The position numbers and the translations under genes were made by a program. DNA of 64,000 nucleotides from Squalus acanthias (lineage: Eukaryota). Below are positions 1 to 13,119 of this stretch, piece by piece; the first letter of the stretch is position 1, and each line of letters begins with the position of its first letter. The stretch spans positions 106,704,001 to 106,768,000 of the forward strand of contig CM059431.1 of NCBI GenBank assembly GCA_030390025.1, in the 5' to 3' direction. A model generated the notes under the pieces. That model ran no database searches. It was given only the letters and a program-made list of their open reading frames with translations, and was not told where the DNA came from.

Positions 1-59
1 AAACTGAGTTGAATAGACAGCGCTCTTCCAGTAACTTCACCCATGTGTGTTCTTAGTTA

Positions 60-545
60 ACAGCAGCAGGCTACTGGAGCATGGGGTGCATCACGGCACA
101 GCTCTATTTTGCCTTCACCTCATACCAATTATATTTTTGACTGTTTAAGGGTTAATGATTAACATTCAAAGTCAGCAGTTGGATTCCAAATGCTCCTTCC
201 CATTTGTAACCATTTTGTTTCTGTTACTCCCAGTCTGTCTGAGGATTAAACTCTCCCACTTATAACTGCTTTTTTTCCACTTCCCCCAGTCTGTGTGAGG
301 ATTAAAGGTTGTCTTCACCTCACATCCGCACGCATTCACCTTCCAGTAAGAGTGATTGGATAGGCATCAGTCGAGGGAACCCCGATGGATGCTTCGTCTC
401 CTGAATCCAAGGTGCTGAGGTAAATTGTCCTACTCCTACTGTAGTCAGATCAACTAATTCAGCACAGACTTGGGATCGATCCTGGGGTCTTCCCAGCCTA
501 TATGGCCTTAGGCAGAGGGCAGAACAGTTATCAATTGAGCCATTG
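60..545 (-). mobile_element. Old, diverged tRNA-derived SINE-like element, interrupted at ~123-313
   Basis: Minus strand has an A-box-like TGGCTCAATTGA (~531-542) and a B-box-like GGATCGATCCC (472-482) at Pol III spacing. Boundaries are approximate. Confidence 0.4.
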
Positions 546-962
546 TCTCATGGCTATGTATTCTGCTGTCAAATCCACCCATTGTAGAGATATACTATTA
601 GACTACTGACTTTGGGAAAGCCATTACATTTTTGACTGTTTATGGGTTAATAATTAACATTCAAATATGCAGTTGGATTCCAAATGCTGATTCCATTGTT
701 TCCAAGACGCATAAACAATCTGTCGTAATAACTGACTCGTAACAGATTGACAATTTGAAGAAGTTTATTTATAAATATATACATATTCCCAGCTGCTGCA
801 AGCTTGGGATCAAAGCCAACTATTTTGTGCAGTTGAATTGTGTATATTAGATTTTGTTTAAATTGTCTCTGAAAAATTAGTTTAAAAACTGGACAACACT
901 AGGATTGGTTGGCACCATCAATCCCATGGCACTCGGTCACTGACTAAGAGAGGTTCACAGCC

Positions 963-1280
963 TTCGACAGCACCTCCCAAACCCGCGACCTCTACCACCT
1001 AGAAGGACAAGGGCAGCAGGCACTTGGGAACACCACCACCTCCAAGTTACCCTCCAAGACACACATCATCCTGACTTGGAAATATATCGCCATTCCTTCA
1101 TCGTCGCCGGGTCAAAATCCTGGAACTTCCTACCTAACAGCACTGTGGGAGTACCTTCACCACACGGACTGCAGCGGTTCAAGAAGGCGGCTCACCACCA
1201 CCTTCTCAAGGGCAGTTAGGGATGGGCAATAAATGCTGGCCTTGCCAGCGACGTTCACATCTCGTAAATGAATTTTTAAA
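963..1280 (+). mobile_element. 3' end of a CR1-group LINE (same family as 32750-33428)
   Basis: Near-identical to 33110-33425 (cagcacctcccaaacccgc...ctagaaggacaagggcagcagg...gggatgggcaat), which follows RT C-terminal coding sequence. Confidence 0.85.
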
Positions 1281-1612
1281 AACATAGAATGATACAGCAT
1301 AGAAGGAGGCCATTCGGCCCATCGTGTCTGTGCCGGTTCATTGAAAGAGCGATCCAATTAGTTCTACTCTCCCGCTCTTTCCCGGTAGCTCTGCAAATTT
1401 CTCCTTTTCAAGTATGTATCCAATACCATCTTGAAAATTACCATTGAATCTGCTTCCACTGCCCTTTCAGGCAGTGTGTTCCCGATCACAAAAACTCGCT
1501 TCGTGAAAAAAATTCTCCTCATCTGCACTGGATTTTTTTTTGCCAATTACCTTAAATCGGTTACTGGTCCCTTGGTTACTGACCCCCCTGCCGGAGAAAA
1601 CAGTTTCTCCGA
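1281..1612 (-). mobile_element. CR1 LINE 3' fragment
   Basis: Translates to a CR1 ORF2 C-terminus (RRIFFTKRV..GNTLPERAVEADS..FK..LDTYLK), followed by the CR1-type 3' end (catagaat...gaaggaggccattcggccc). Confidence 0.85.
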
Positions 1613-2130
1613 TTACCATTGCTAATAAACACGCATCCTATTAGTCTCAAACTTTGGTAATAAACACTGAAGGAATATTTAAGCAGTTACAATGACTGGT
1701 CAACACAAAAGAATGAAAAGTATTGTGTTATAATGAATGCAAATGGAATACAGCAGTTTGCCTTCCAGCATTGAACTGTCAGCTGAACTTAAAGAAAGAA
1801 ACTCACCTTCAAATGTAAAAATGTAAAAAATGTATTAACATGTGTTAGATAATAGTAAAACGTTCAATGATCCCCAGTCTAGTAAAAGGTTGTCGTGTTA
1901 ATGTGATCTATATTTGATGACATGTTAACTATAGCTATTATATTGATGGTAGAACAAGGAGAGCTTTCAGGCCCAACTTCAATGATGTCCCAAATCAAGC
2001 GCTTTGGGTTCTAAGCACATGCACAAAATAAACAAAAGCAAAATACGGTGGATACTGGAAACCTGAAATAAGAACAAAAAATGCTGTAAACACTCAGCGG
2101 GTCCGGCAGCATCTGTGGAGAGAGAAACAG

Positions 2131-2167
2131 AGTTAACGTTTCAGGTCGATGGCCCTTCGTCAGAACT
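2131..2167 (-). ncRNA. Minimal type-I hammerhead ribozyme motif in the PLE terminus
   Basis: Minus strand reads AGUU-CUGACGA-agggccaucgaccu-GAAA-CG-UU-AACU: conserved core boxes, stem I AGUU/AACU and a palindromic ACGU mini stem III. Confidence 0.7.
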
Positions 2168-2533
2168 GGAAAAAGTTAGAGATGTAACAGCTTTTAAGCA
2201 AATACAGAGGCAGGGAAAGGAGGGTGGGGACGAAAGAACAAAAGGGAAGGTCTGTGATAGGGTGGAAGGCAGGAGAGATTAAATGACAAAATGGATGATG
2301 GTGCGAGGCAGAAGGAGATGGTAATGGGACAAGTAAAGAAACAAAAGATGGGTCTAGAGGAGGTGTAAATGGAATAGAAGAATCATCAACAGCTGCCATC
2401 CGAAAAAATGGGGGCTGAGGTTATGATCTGAAATTGTTGAACTTGATGTTGAGTCCGGAAGGCTGTAGAGTGCCTAATCAAAAGATGAGGTGCTGTTCCT
2501 TGAGCTTACGTTGAGCTTCATTAGAACAGTGTA

Positions 2534-2787
2534 TCATAGAATCATAGAAATTTATGGCACAGAAGGAGGCCATTCAGCCCATCGTGTCTGTGCCAGCCAA
2601 AAAAGAGCCACCCAACCTAATCCCACTTTCCAGCTCTTGGTCCGTAGCCCTGTAGGTTAAGGCACTTCAAGTGCATATCCAAGTACTTTTTAAATGCGAT
2701 GAGGGTTTCTGCATCTACCACCCTTTTAGGCAGTGAGTTCCAGATCCCCACCACCCTCTGGGTGAAAGAAATTCTCCTCAGCTCTCC
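2534..2787 (-). mobile_element. CR1 LINE 3' fragment inserted in the PLE
   Basis: Peptide RRISFTQRVVGIWNSLPKRVVDAETLIAFKKYLDMHLK with a (catagaat)n tail. PLE sequence resumes in register on both sides. Confidence 0.9.
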
Positions 2788-2909
2788 GAGGAGGCAGAGG
2801 ACAGAGAGGTCAGAGTGAGAGTGGAGCAAAGAATTAAAGTGACAGGCAACCGGAAGCTCGGAGTCACGCTTGTGGACTGAACGGAGGTGTTCCGCAAAGT
2901 AGTCACTCT

Positions 2910-4623
2910 GGCCAGAATTTTGCGAGGGTCAGCGGGCACAATTGGTGGTGGGTCGGGTGAGAAAGTGTTTTTTTTTCACAGCGGGTCGGGATTCCACTGT
3001 GAACCAGCCACCACGCGCCTTTCCCAATGTCGGGTCTGTCAGCACTGAGCAGACCCGACACACAGCGGCAGGGGACCCAATTCAGATAATTAGTGGCTTG
3101 TTTAGAGCCACTTAAGAATGATTTTCAGCTTTCCTTTTGCATTTGACAGCTCATCCATGGGGTCCACACTGGTCGTGGACCATGTCTCTGAAGCTGAGGC
3201 AGGAGTTCAGTGGCCATTGAATCAGCTGTTGAGTTGACAGCTTCAAATGTAATGTAAAAGCTCCCACCTTACAGAGATATCTTCCCTCAGCCACAAACTG
3301 TTGCTCAGTCCATTTCCAGCACAGATTCACCATGCTGCAAGTCTTTACATAAGTCTCCATCCAGTCTCACCTCATCACCTCTCTCACCATTGACAGATCG
3401 CTTCTGTCATCTCTACTTCACCTGCCATCTATTCCATCAGCATGGGTGTCCTTTATACTCTCTCACCTTGGTCCTCAGAATCCCACCACCATCAGCCCCA
3501 ACACCAGCAGCACCAGGCACACCTGCAGCACCAACAACAATACCAAACTTCTGCGCAATCAACTGATGCTGCACAGGACACAGGGCATCAACACCCGACC
3601 ACATTGATGCCTGGGAGGCCAGGGATGGCCTCACCATGGCCAGATTTACTTCACTTGATGCTGTACATCCTGGCTGCCACATGATGCACCAGGTTGGCAC
3701 CACCCCACACCAACACCCTAAAGCATCCCTACAATGCCCAAGCAATTCCTTTCACACTCATCACCATTGCGGGGGGTACCGTTATGTCTCACCATTCACT
3801 GCAACTCAATAAGCCACTTCCAAAGGTGCACATGAATCTATCCAAGAATGCAAAGTGTTGAAAATAAAGGTTTCAATGCTTGACAGCATATTAACAGAAA
3901 CTTTACATGAGCATTGCGTAAAACATCCAAGTGCCTACCCTTGTGTGTTGTTAGTTGGTATGATTGCACTAGGATGAGGGTGAGTGTGTGGGGTGGCTAA
4001 TGAGATGGGGATGTGATAATGTAGATAGAGAGGGATGGGTGGAGGTGCAAGGCAAGTTGGTGTGAGTAAGGATGTGCAGGAGTAGGGTAGGGAAGGCAGA
4101 GTGATGGGGATCTGCTGAGAGGCACAGCAGGATGAGGTTCAGTGTGGCTTTGTACTAACGTTTCGTGATCGTCTGAGATCATTGAAAGGTTTGTGGCACT
4201 GCACCCAGATTCTCCTGACCACATCCCTGCTTGTGCCCTCCTCTGCAATGTGCAACCAGGCTGTGTTAATCTCCTGGGGAGGTCTCTTCCACCCATATGT
4301 GCTGTGGAGGGAGTCTTGGGAGAACCTGGGTGCAGCCCTGTGCCTTTGTGCAGTCATTGTCAGTGTTTGCAGCACCTCAATGCGGTAGAACACTGACAGC
4401 ACAAATGTCAAAATAAATTTGGACATGGTCCCTTTAAGGAAACCGGCTTTAAGGACGTCACCAGACCCGCTTCCTCTAATTGGCCGGGAAACATGCTGGG
4501 CGGGCTTAACAAGCCCAATCTCGGGAAATTCACTTCACAGAGTGGGATGGAGCCAGCAGCAGGGTCGGGACACACCACCAACATTGCTCGCCATGGATCC
4601 ACCGAGGTGAACAAAATCGCAGC
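2910..4623. mobile_element. PIF/Harbinger-type DNA transposon, deleted and decayed, inserted in the PLE
   Basis: Splits the PLE sequence gtcac|ccaatctgc. Has degenerate inverted ends (ggccagaattttg / caaaatcgcagc), a subterminal inverted match (2933-2952 vs 4571-4590) and an internal Myb/SANT-like remnant. Confidence 0.7.
4160..4360 (-). pseudogene. Harbinger Myb/SANT-like (trihelix) DNA-binding protein remnant
   Basis: RAAPRFS...KRPP...AWLHIAEEGTSRDVVRRIWVQCHKPFNDLRRS fits the W..IA.....R...QC.K.F.DL pattern of Harbinger Myb-like (NAIF1-type) proteins. Confidence 0.7.
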
Positions 4624-6449
4624 TCCAATCTGCATTGGTCCCCCCAGTGTAGAGGAGACCGCATCGTGAGCAGCGAATACAGTATACTAAATTGAAAGAA
4701 GTACAAGTAAATTGCGGTTTCACCTGGAAGGAGTGTTTGGGGCCCTGATAGTGGGAAGGGAGGAGGTAAAAGGGTAGGTGTTGCATCTCCTGCACTTGCA
4801 TGGGAAGGTGCCGGGCGAAGGGGAAGGGGTGTTGGAGGTGATTGAGGAGTGGACCAGGGTGTCGTGGAGGGAGCGGTCCCTTCGGAATGCTGAAAGAGGA
4901 GGTGAGGGGAAGATTTGTTTGGTGGTGGGATCACACTGGAGGTGGCGGAATGGCGGAGGATGATCCTTCGAATGTGGAGGCTGTTGGGGTGAATGGTGAG
5001 GACAAGGGGAACCCTATTGTGGTTCTGGGAGGGAGAGGAAAGGGTGAGGGCTGAAGTGCGGGAAATGGAACGGAAACGGTCGAGGGCCCTGTCAACCACG
5101 GTGGAGGGGAATCCTCGGTTGAGAAAAAGGAAGACATATTGGAAACACTGGTATGGAACGTGGCATTGTCAGAACAGATGCGACGCAGATGGAGAAACTG
5201 GGAGAATGGAACAGAGTCTGTACAAGAAGCCGCGTGGGAGGAAGTGTAGTCAAGGTAGCTGTGGGAGTTAGTGGGCTTATAGTGGATGTTGGTCGATAGC
5301 CTATTCCCAGAAATGGAGACAGAGAAGTCGAGGAAGGGAAGGAATGAGTCAGCAGTGGACCATGTGAAGGTGAGGGAAGGGTAGAAATTAGAAGCAAAGT
5401 GAATAAAATTTTCCAGTTCAGGGCGAGAGCAGGAAAGCACACCGAAAAAGAGGTGAGGGAGGCGACCTGAGTAGGACTGGACCAAAGAATGTTCCACATA
5501 TTGCACAAAAAAGGCAGGAATAGCTAGGACCCATGCAGCTTCCTATAGCAACACCTTTTATTTGGAGGAAGTGAGCGGAGTTAAAGGAGAAGTTGTTCAA
5601 TGTGAGAACAAATTCAGCCAGGCGGAGGAGGGTGGTGGTGGATGGGGACTGTTTAGGCCTCTGTTCAAGGAAGAAGTGGAGTGCGCTCAGGCCATCCTGT
5701 TGGGGGATGGAGGTGTAGAGGGATTGGGCATCTATGGTGTAAAGGAAATGGTTAGGGCCAGGAAACTGGAAACTGTTGAAGTGGCGGACGGCGTCAGTAG
5801 AGTCGCGGATGTAGCTGGGAAAACACTGGACAAGGGGAGAACAAAATAGAGTTGAGATAGGAAGAAATCAGTTCCATGGGGCAAGAACAGGCTGAAACGA
5901 TGGGTCTATCAGGGCAGTCCTGTTTGTGGATCTTGGGGAGGAGATAGAAATTGGAGTACGGGGTTGGGGGACTATGAGGTTGGCGGCCATGGAGGGAAGA
6001 TCTCCAGAGGAGATGAGGTCAGTGAAAGTCTTGGAAACGGTGGCTTGATGTTTGGTCATGGGTTCATGGTCCAGGGGGAGGTAGGAGGAGGTGTCGGAGA
6101 GTTGGCGTTCAGCCTCCACACGGTAGAGGTCAGTTCGCCAAACAACAACAGCGCCACCCTTGCCAGCAGGTTTAATGACAGTGTTAGGGTTGGATCTGAG
6201 AGAACGGAGTGCTGCAAGTTCAGAAGGAGGTAGGTTAGAGTCAGTGAGGGGAGCAGAGAAATTGAGATGGCCGATGTCATGCCGACAGTTCCCAATGAAA
6301 CGATCTAGAGAGGGTAAGAGGCCAGAGGGAGGGGCCCAGGTGGAACGAGAATTCTGAAGGTGAGACAGAACTCCTGGCCAAAGAAGTGGGCACGGAGGCG
6401 AAAGCGACGAAAGAAGAGCTCAGCGTCGTGCCGAGCTCAAAATTCATCG

Positions 6450-6588
6450 AGGTGTTCCCCGTAATTCTATTTTATGTGCGCAGCCCCTTTAAAGGGCTGC
6501 GTGGCCCATTTACAGTTTTGCGCAAAAATTTAACATTGAAAAAGCTGCTCCTGGGCTGCGCGGGACCGGCAGAGAGGTGGGAATGTTG
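6450..6588. mobile_element. ~140-bp MITE-like insertion in the PLE ORF
   Basis: Interrupts the PLE peptide FIPLRPH|NEF.ARHDAELF. Ends gtgttccc...gggaatgttg are loosely inverted, and there is an internal palindrome gcagcccctttaaagggctgc (6480-6500). Confidence 0.55.
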
Positions 6589-7337
6589 GTGGGGGCGTAA
6601 GGGGATGAAGCTGGGGCCTTTGCTGAGGACTGATCGCTCGGGGTCAGAGGGGGGAAGGTCAGAGGGGAATAGTGAAAACACCACCAGGGGGGAGACTGGA
6701 AGAAGGGATGGGGTCAGAGGAAACTGAAGGGGTAGAAGGTCCCGGAGCGGGGTTGGTTAGGGGTTGATTTTAGCTCAGGTCCTGCTGGGGAGAAGAAGAA
6801 GCCACGAAAGGTAAGATTTACACTTTCCTTCACGGGGGTGCAGGAGGAGCAAGATTGCTTCTTCAGACCCTGCACAAGGACATTGTAGACCTCCCTTTGC
6901 TCGCGGAATCCCTGAACTTTTTCTGCCACCATTCCCCTTAGTGATACATTACCTATTTGTATAAGTGGCTCTGTCTGAAATTCAAGCACTTTTACTAAAT
7001 TGAAAAACACAGCCATGCACTATGTTTTCATGTGACTTCATATATTAAAGTCTGTTCAGCTTCCTGAAAAGGCTTTGAGCTATCAGTAAATTGTGTACAT
7101 CTTTTTAGATTTAGCGAAGCATTTTAATACAGGGTGACCACATTTTCTAAACCGAATCCCGTGACACACGAGGTGGGGGTGCAGCAAAGTAGCCAGGATG
7201 GAAAATATAGGTTGCAAAAGTTTTTAGCAGCCTTTGTTTTAACAGTTGCACATATACACCACGAATGCAAAACAAACGTGCATATAATTATTGATGTGAC
7301 GCCACAGTATTGAAGCACATTCAGACACCCGAGCCCA

Positions 7338-8140
7338 CCCCAGTGACTGAGGTCACACCTGACCCCTCCCCCCCAGTGACTGAGGTCACACCTGACCCCT
7401 CCCCCCCAGTGACTGAGGTCACACCTGATCCCTCCCCCCCAGTGACTGAAATCACACCTGATCCCTCCCCCCCAGTGACTGAGCTCACACCTGACCCCTC
7501 CCCCCCGTGACTGAGGTCACACCTGACCCCTCCCACCCAGTGACTGAGGTCACACCTGACCCCTCCCCCCCAGTGACTGAGGTCACACCTGACCCCGCCC
7601 CAACTGTGAGTGTGGTCACACCTGACCCCTCCCCCCCAGTGACTGAGGTCACACCTGACCCCTCCCCCCCAGTGACTGATGTCACACCTGATCCCTCCCC
7701 CCCCAGTGATTGAGGTCACACCTGACCCCTCCCCCACAGTGACTGAGGTCACACCTGACCCCTCCACCCCAGTGACTGAGGTCACAGCTGACCCCTCCCC
7801 CCCAGTGACTGAGGTCACACCTGACCTCTCCCCCCCAGTGACTGAGGTCACACCTGACCCCTCCCCCCCAGTGACTGAGGTCACACCTGACCCCTCCCAC
7901 CCCAACAGTGACTGAGGTCACACCTGACCACTCCCCAAGTGGGACTGAGGTCACACCTGACCCCTCCCCCCCCAGTGACTGAGGTCACACCTGACCCCTC
8001 CCCCCCAGTGACTGAGGTCACACCTGACCCCTCCCCCCCAGTGACTGAGGTCACACCTGACCACTCCCCAAGTGGGACTGAGGTCACACCTGACCCCTCC
8101 CCCCCAGTGACTGAGGTCACACTTCACCCCCCCACCCACA
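7338..8140. repeat. 33-bp minisatellite (cagtgactgaggtcacacctgacccctcccccc), ~24 copies
   Basis: Directly visible tandem array with a period of 33 (7341, 7374, ...). Confidence 0.97.
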
Positions 8141-8410
8141 GTGGCTAGGATTGGCCAGCTCTCGCCCCCCCTTCCCCCGGTGACCGGGTCCTCCCTAGCA
8201 GCCTCTCACTCACCCGCTCCGGTTGCCGTGTTCACAGGCACTTCCAACACCGACAATCCAGCAGCATGAGCCGGGCCGGAATCTCAAAAACAGCAACCGG
8301 CACGTGCACAGAAAGAGCGCCCAGTCGCACATGCGCGGTGAGTCACTCTGGCCATCGTACAAGTTGTTGTTTAATTTAGTCTTAGAGACACAAACTGACA
8401 GCTGAGGGGT

Positions 8411-11400
8411 GGGGGGGACAATCACTGCCCGGGGGGACACTCACTGCCCAGGGGTACACTCACTGCCCAGGGGTACACTCACTGCCCAGGGGTACACTCA
8501 CTGCCCGGGGGGTACACTCACTGCCCAGGGGTACACTCACTGCCCAGGGGTACACTCACTGCCCGGGGGGTACACTCACTGTCCAGGGGGTACAGTCACT
8601 GCCCAGGGGGTACACTCACTGCCAGGGGGTACACTCACTGCCCAGGGGTACACTCACTGCCCAGGGGTACACTCACTGCCCAGGGGTACACTCACTGCCC
8701 GGGGGGTACACTCACTGCCCAGGGGTACACTCACTGCCCAGGGGTACACTCACTGCCCAGGGGTACACTCACTGCCCGGGGGGTACACTCACTGCCCAGG
8801 GGTACACTCACTGCCCGGGGGGACACTCACTGCCCAGTGGGGTACACTCACTTCCTGGGGGGTACACTCACTGCCCGGGGGTACACTCACTGCCCGGGGG
8901 GTACACTCACTGCCCGGGGGTACACTCACTGCCCGGGGGGTACACTAACTGCCCAGGGGGTATACTCACTGTCCGGGGGTACACTCACTGCCCAGGGGGT
9001 ACACTCACTGTCTGGGGGTACACTCACTGCCCAGGGGTACACTCACTGCCCAGGGGGTACAGTCACTGCCAGGGGGTACACTCACTGCCCAGGGGGTACA
9101 CTCACTGTCCAGGGGGTACACTCACTGCCAGGGGGTACACTCACTGCCCAGGAGTACACTCACTGCCAGGGGGTACACTCACTGCCCAGGGGTACACTCA
9201 CTGCCATGGGGGTACACTCACTGTCCAGGGGGTACAGTCACTGCCCAGGGGGTACACTCACTGCCAGGGGGTACACTCACTGCCCAGGGGGTACAGTCAC
9301 TGCCCAGGGGGTACAATCACTGCCCGGGGGGACACTCACTGCCCAGGGGGTACACTCACTGCCCAGGGGTACACTCACTGCCCAGGGGGTACAGTCACTG
9401 CCAGGGGGTACACTCACTGCCCAGGGGGTACAGTCACTGCCCAGGGGGTACACTCACTGCCAGGGGGTACACTCACTGCCCAGGAGTACACTCACTGCCA
9501 GGGGGTACACTCACTGCCCAGGGGTACACTCACTGCCCAGGGGGTACACTCACTGTCCAGGGGGTACAGTCACTGCCCAGGGGGTACACTCACTGCCAGG
9601 GGGTACACTCACTGCCCAGGGGGTACAGTCACTGCCCAGGGGGTACACTCACTGCCCAGGGGGTACAGTCACTGCCCAGGGGGTACAATCACTGCCCGGG
9701 GGGACACTCACTGCCCAGGGGGTACACTCACTGCCAGGGGGTACACTCACTGCCCAGGGGGTACACTCACTGCCCAGGAGTACACTCACTGCCCAGGGGT
9801 ACACTCACTGTCCGGGGGGTACGCTCACTGCCCAGTGGGGTACACTCACTGCCCGGGGGTACACTCACTGCCATGGGGGTACACTCACTGCCCAGGGGGT
9901 ACACTCACTGCCCGGGGGTACACTCACTGCCCAGGGGGTACACTCACTGTCCAGGGGGTACAGTCACTGCCCAGGGGGTACACTCACTGCCAGGGGGTAC
10001 ACTCACTGCCCAGGGGTACACTCACTGCCCAGGGGGTACACTCACTGCCCAGGAGTACACTCACTGCCCGGGGGTACACTCACTGCCCAGGGGGTACACT
10101 CACTGCCCAGGAGTACACTCACTGTCCGGGGGGTACACTCACTGCCCAGGGGTACACTCACTGCCCGGGGGTACACTCACTGCCCGGGGGGTACACTCAC
10201 TGCCCAGGGGTACACTCACTGCCCAGGGGGTACACTCACTGCCCGGGGGTACACTCACTGCCATGGGGGTACACTCACTGCCCAGGGGTACACTCACTGC
10301 CCAGGGGTACACTCACTGCCCAGGGGGTATACTCACTGTCCGGGGGTACACTAACTGTCCGGGGGTACACTCACTGCCCAGGGGTACACTCACTGCCCAG
10401 TGGGTACACTCACTGCCATGGGGGTACACTCACTGCCCAGGGGGTATACTCACTGTCCGGGGGTACACTAACTGTCCGGGGGTACACTCACTGCCCAGGG
10501 GTACACTCACTGCCCGGGGGTACACTCACTGCCCAGGGGTACACTCACTGCCCAGGTGTACACTCACTGCCCAGTGGGGTACACTCACTGCCCAGGGGTA
10601 CACTCACTGCCCAGGGGGTACACTCACTGCCCGGGGGTACACTCACTGCCCAGGGGTACACTCACTGCCCAGGGGTACACTCACTGCCCAGTGGGGTACA
10701 CTCACTGCCCAGGGGTACACTCACTGCCCAGTGGGGTACACTCACTGCCCAGTGGGGTACACTCACTGCCCAGGGGGTACACTCACTGTCCAGGGGTACA
10801 CTCACTGCCCAGTGGGGTACACTCACTGCCCAGGGGGTACACTCACTGTCCGGGGGTACACTAACTGTCCGGGGGTACACTCACTGCCCAGGGGTACACT
10901 CACTGCCCAGGGGGTACACTCACTGCCCAGGGGTACACTCACTGCCCAGTGGGGTACACTCACTGCCCAGGGGGTACACTCACTGTCCGGGGGTACACTA
11001 ACTGTCCGGGGGTACACTCACTGCCATGGGGGTACACTCACTGCCCAGTGGGGTACACTCACTGCCATGGGGGTACACTCACTGCCATGGGGGTACACTC
11101 ACTGCCCAGGGGTACACTCACTGCCCAGTGGGGTACACTCACTGCCATGGGGGTACACTCACTGCCCAGGGGTACACTCACTGCCCAGTGGGGTACACTC
11201 ACTGCCATGGGGGTACACTCACTGCCCAGTGGGGTACACTCACTGCCATGGGGGTACACTCACTGCCATGGGGGTACACTCACTGCCATGGGGGTACACT
11301 CACTGCCCAGGGGTACACTCACTGCCCAGGGGTACATTCACTGTCCAGGGGTACACTCACTGCCCAGGGGTACACTCACTGTCCGGGGGGTACACTCACT

Positions 11401-13119
11401 GCCCAGGGGTACACTCACTGCCCGGGGGTACACTCACTGCCCAGGGGTACACTCACTGCCCAGGGGGTACACTCACTGCCCAGGGGTACACTCACTGCCC
11501 AGGGGTACACTCACTGCCCAGTGGGGTACACTCACTGCCCAGGGGTACACTCACTGCCCAGTGGGGTACACTCACTGCCCAGGGGTACACTCACTGCCCA
11601 GTGGGGTACACTCACTGCCCAGGGGGTACACTCACTGTCCGGGGGTACACTAACTGTCCGGGGGTACACTCACTGCCCAGGGGTACACTCACTGCCCGGG
11701 GGTACACTCACTGCCCAGGGGTACACTCACTGCCCAGTGGGGTACACTCACTGCCATGGGGGTACACTCACTGCCCAGGGGTACACTCACTGCCCAGTGG
11801 GGTACACTCACTGCCATGGGGGTACACTCACTGCCCAGTGGGGTACACTCACTGCCATGGGGGTACACTCACTGCCATGGGGGTACACTCACTGCCATGG
11901 GGGTACACTCACTGCCCAGGGGTACACTCACTGCCCAGGGGTACATTCACTGTCCAGGGGTACACTCACTGCCCAGGGGTACACTCACTGCCCAGGGGTA
12001 CACTCACTGCCCAGGGGGTACACTCACTGCCCGGGGGTACACTCACTGCCCAGGGGTACACTCACTGCCCAGGGGTACACTCACTGCCCAGGGGTACACT
12101 CACTGCCCAGGGGTACACTCACTGCCCAGGGGGTACACTCACTGCCCAGGGGTACACTCATTGCCCAGGGGGTACACTCATTGCCCAGGGGGTACACTGA
12201 TTGCCCAGGGGGACACTCACTGCCCAGGGGGTACACTCACTGCCCAGGGGTACACTCAAAGCCCGGGGGGTACACTCATTGCCCAGTGGGTATACTCACT
12301 GTCCGGGGGGTACACTCATTGCCCAGGGGGTATACTCACTGCCCAGGGGTACACTCATTGTCCGGGGGGTACACTCACTGCCCGGGGGTACACTCACTGC
12401 CCAGGAGGTACACTCACTGCCCAGGGGGTACACTCACTGCCCAGGGGTACACTCATTGTCCGGGGGGTACACTCACTGCCCAGGAGTACACTCACTGCCC
12501 AGGGGATACACTCACTGCCCTGGAGGTACACTCACTGCCCGGGGGTACACTCACTGCCCAGGGGGTACACTCACTGCCCGGGGGGTACACTCACTGCCCG
12601 GGGGGTACACTCACTGCCCGGGGGGGTACACTCACTGCCCGGGGGTACACTCACTGTCCGGGGGTACACTCACTGTCCGGGGGGTACACTCACTGCCCGG
12701 GGGGTACACTCACTGCCCGGGGGGTACACTCACTGCCCGGGGGGGTACACTCACTGCCCGGGGGTACACTCACTGTCCGGGGGTACACTCACTGTCCGGG
12801 GGGTACACCCAGTGCCCGGGGGTACTCTCACTGCCCAGGGGTACACTCACTGGCCGGGGGTACACTCACTGCCCAGGGGTACACTCACTGTCCGGGGGGT
12901 ACACCCAGTGCCCAGGGGGTTACACTCACTGTCCGGGGGGTACACCCAGTGCCCAGGGGGTTACACTCACTTCATGGGGGTACACTCATGCCTGGGGGTA
13001 CACTCACTGTCCAGGGGTACACTCACTGCCCTGGGGTACACTCACTGCCCAGGGGTACACTCACTGCCTCGGGGGTACACTCACTGCCCAGGGGTACACT
13101 CACTGCCCAGGGGTACACT
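8411..13119. repeat. 19-21-bp minisatellite (ggggtacactcactgccca), ~240 copies
   Basis: Directly visible tandem array with a variable G-run. Variant units (ccatggggg, ccagtgggg, ctaactgtcc) occur in clusters. Confidence 0.98.

Larger units (their letters stand above)
2031..6790 (-). mobile_element. Penelope-like element (RT + GIY-YIG), decayed and interrupted by three younger insertions
   Basis: Frameshifted peptides include LSKGPSFIP, FLQIKGVAIGSCMGPSY, FLDFSV..STNIHYKPTNSHSYLDYTSSH and CTSFNLVYCIRCSRCGLLYTGGT (GIY-YIG). Segments 2031-2533, 2788-2909 and 4624-~5580 are collinear with the copy at 14480-16044. The remainder (to 6450, then 6585-6790) continues the PLE reading frame. Confidence 0.9.

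Noticed and set aside
3442..3684. Gln/His-rich 80-aa ORF as a host gene
   Set aside because: It is low-complexity sequence inside the Harbinger element with no recognisable catalytic motif.
7310..8148. Mucin-like PVTEVTPDPSP repeat protein
   Set aside because: Although the unit is 33 bp, C-run indels shift the frame repeatedly, no splice sites are evident, and the array lies within the hAT element.
7338..13119. CRISPR-like array
   Set aside because: Units are head-to-tail with no unique spacers, there are no cas genes, and the context is eukaryotic.
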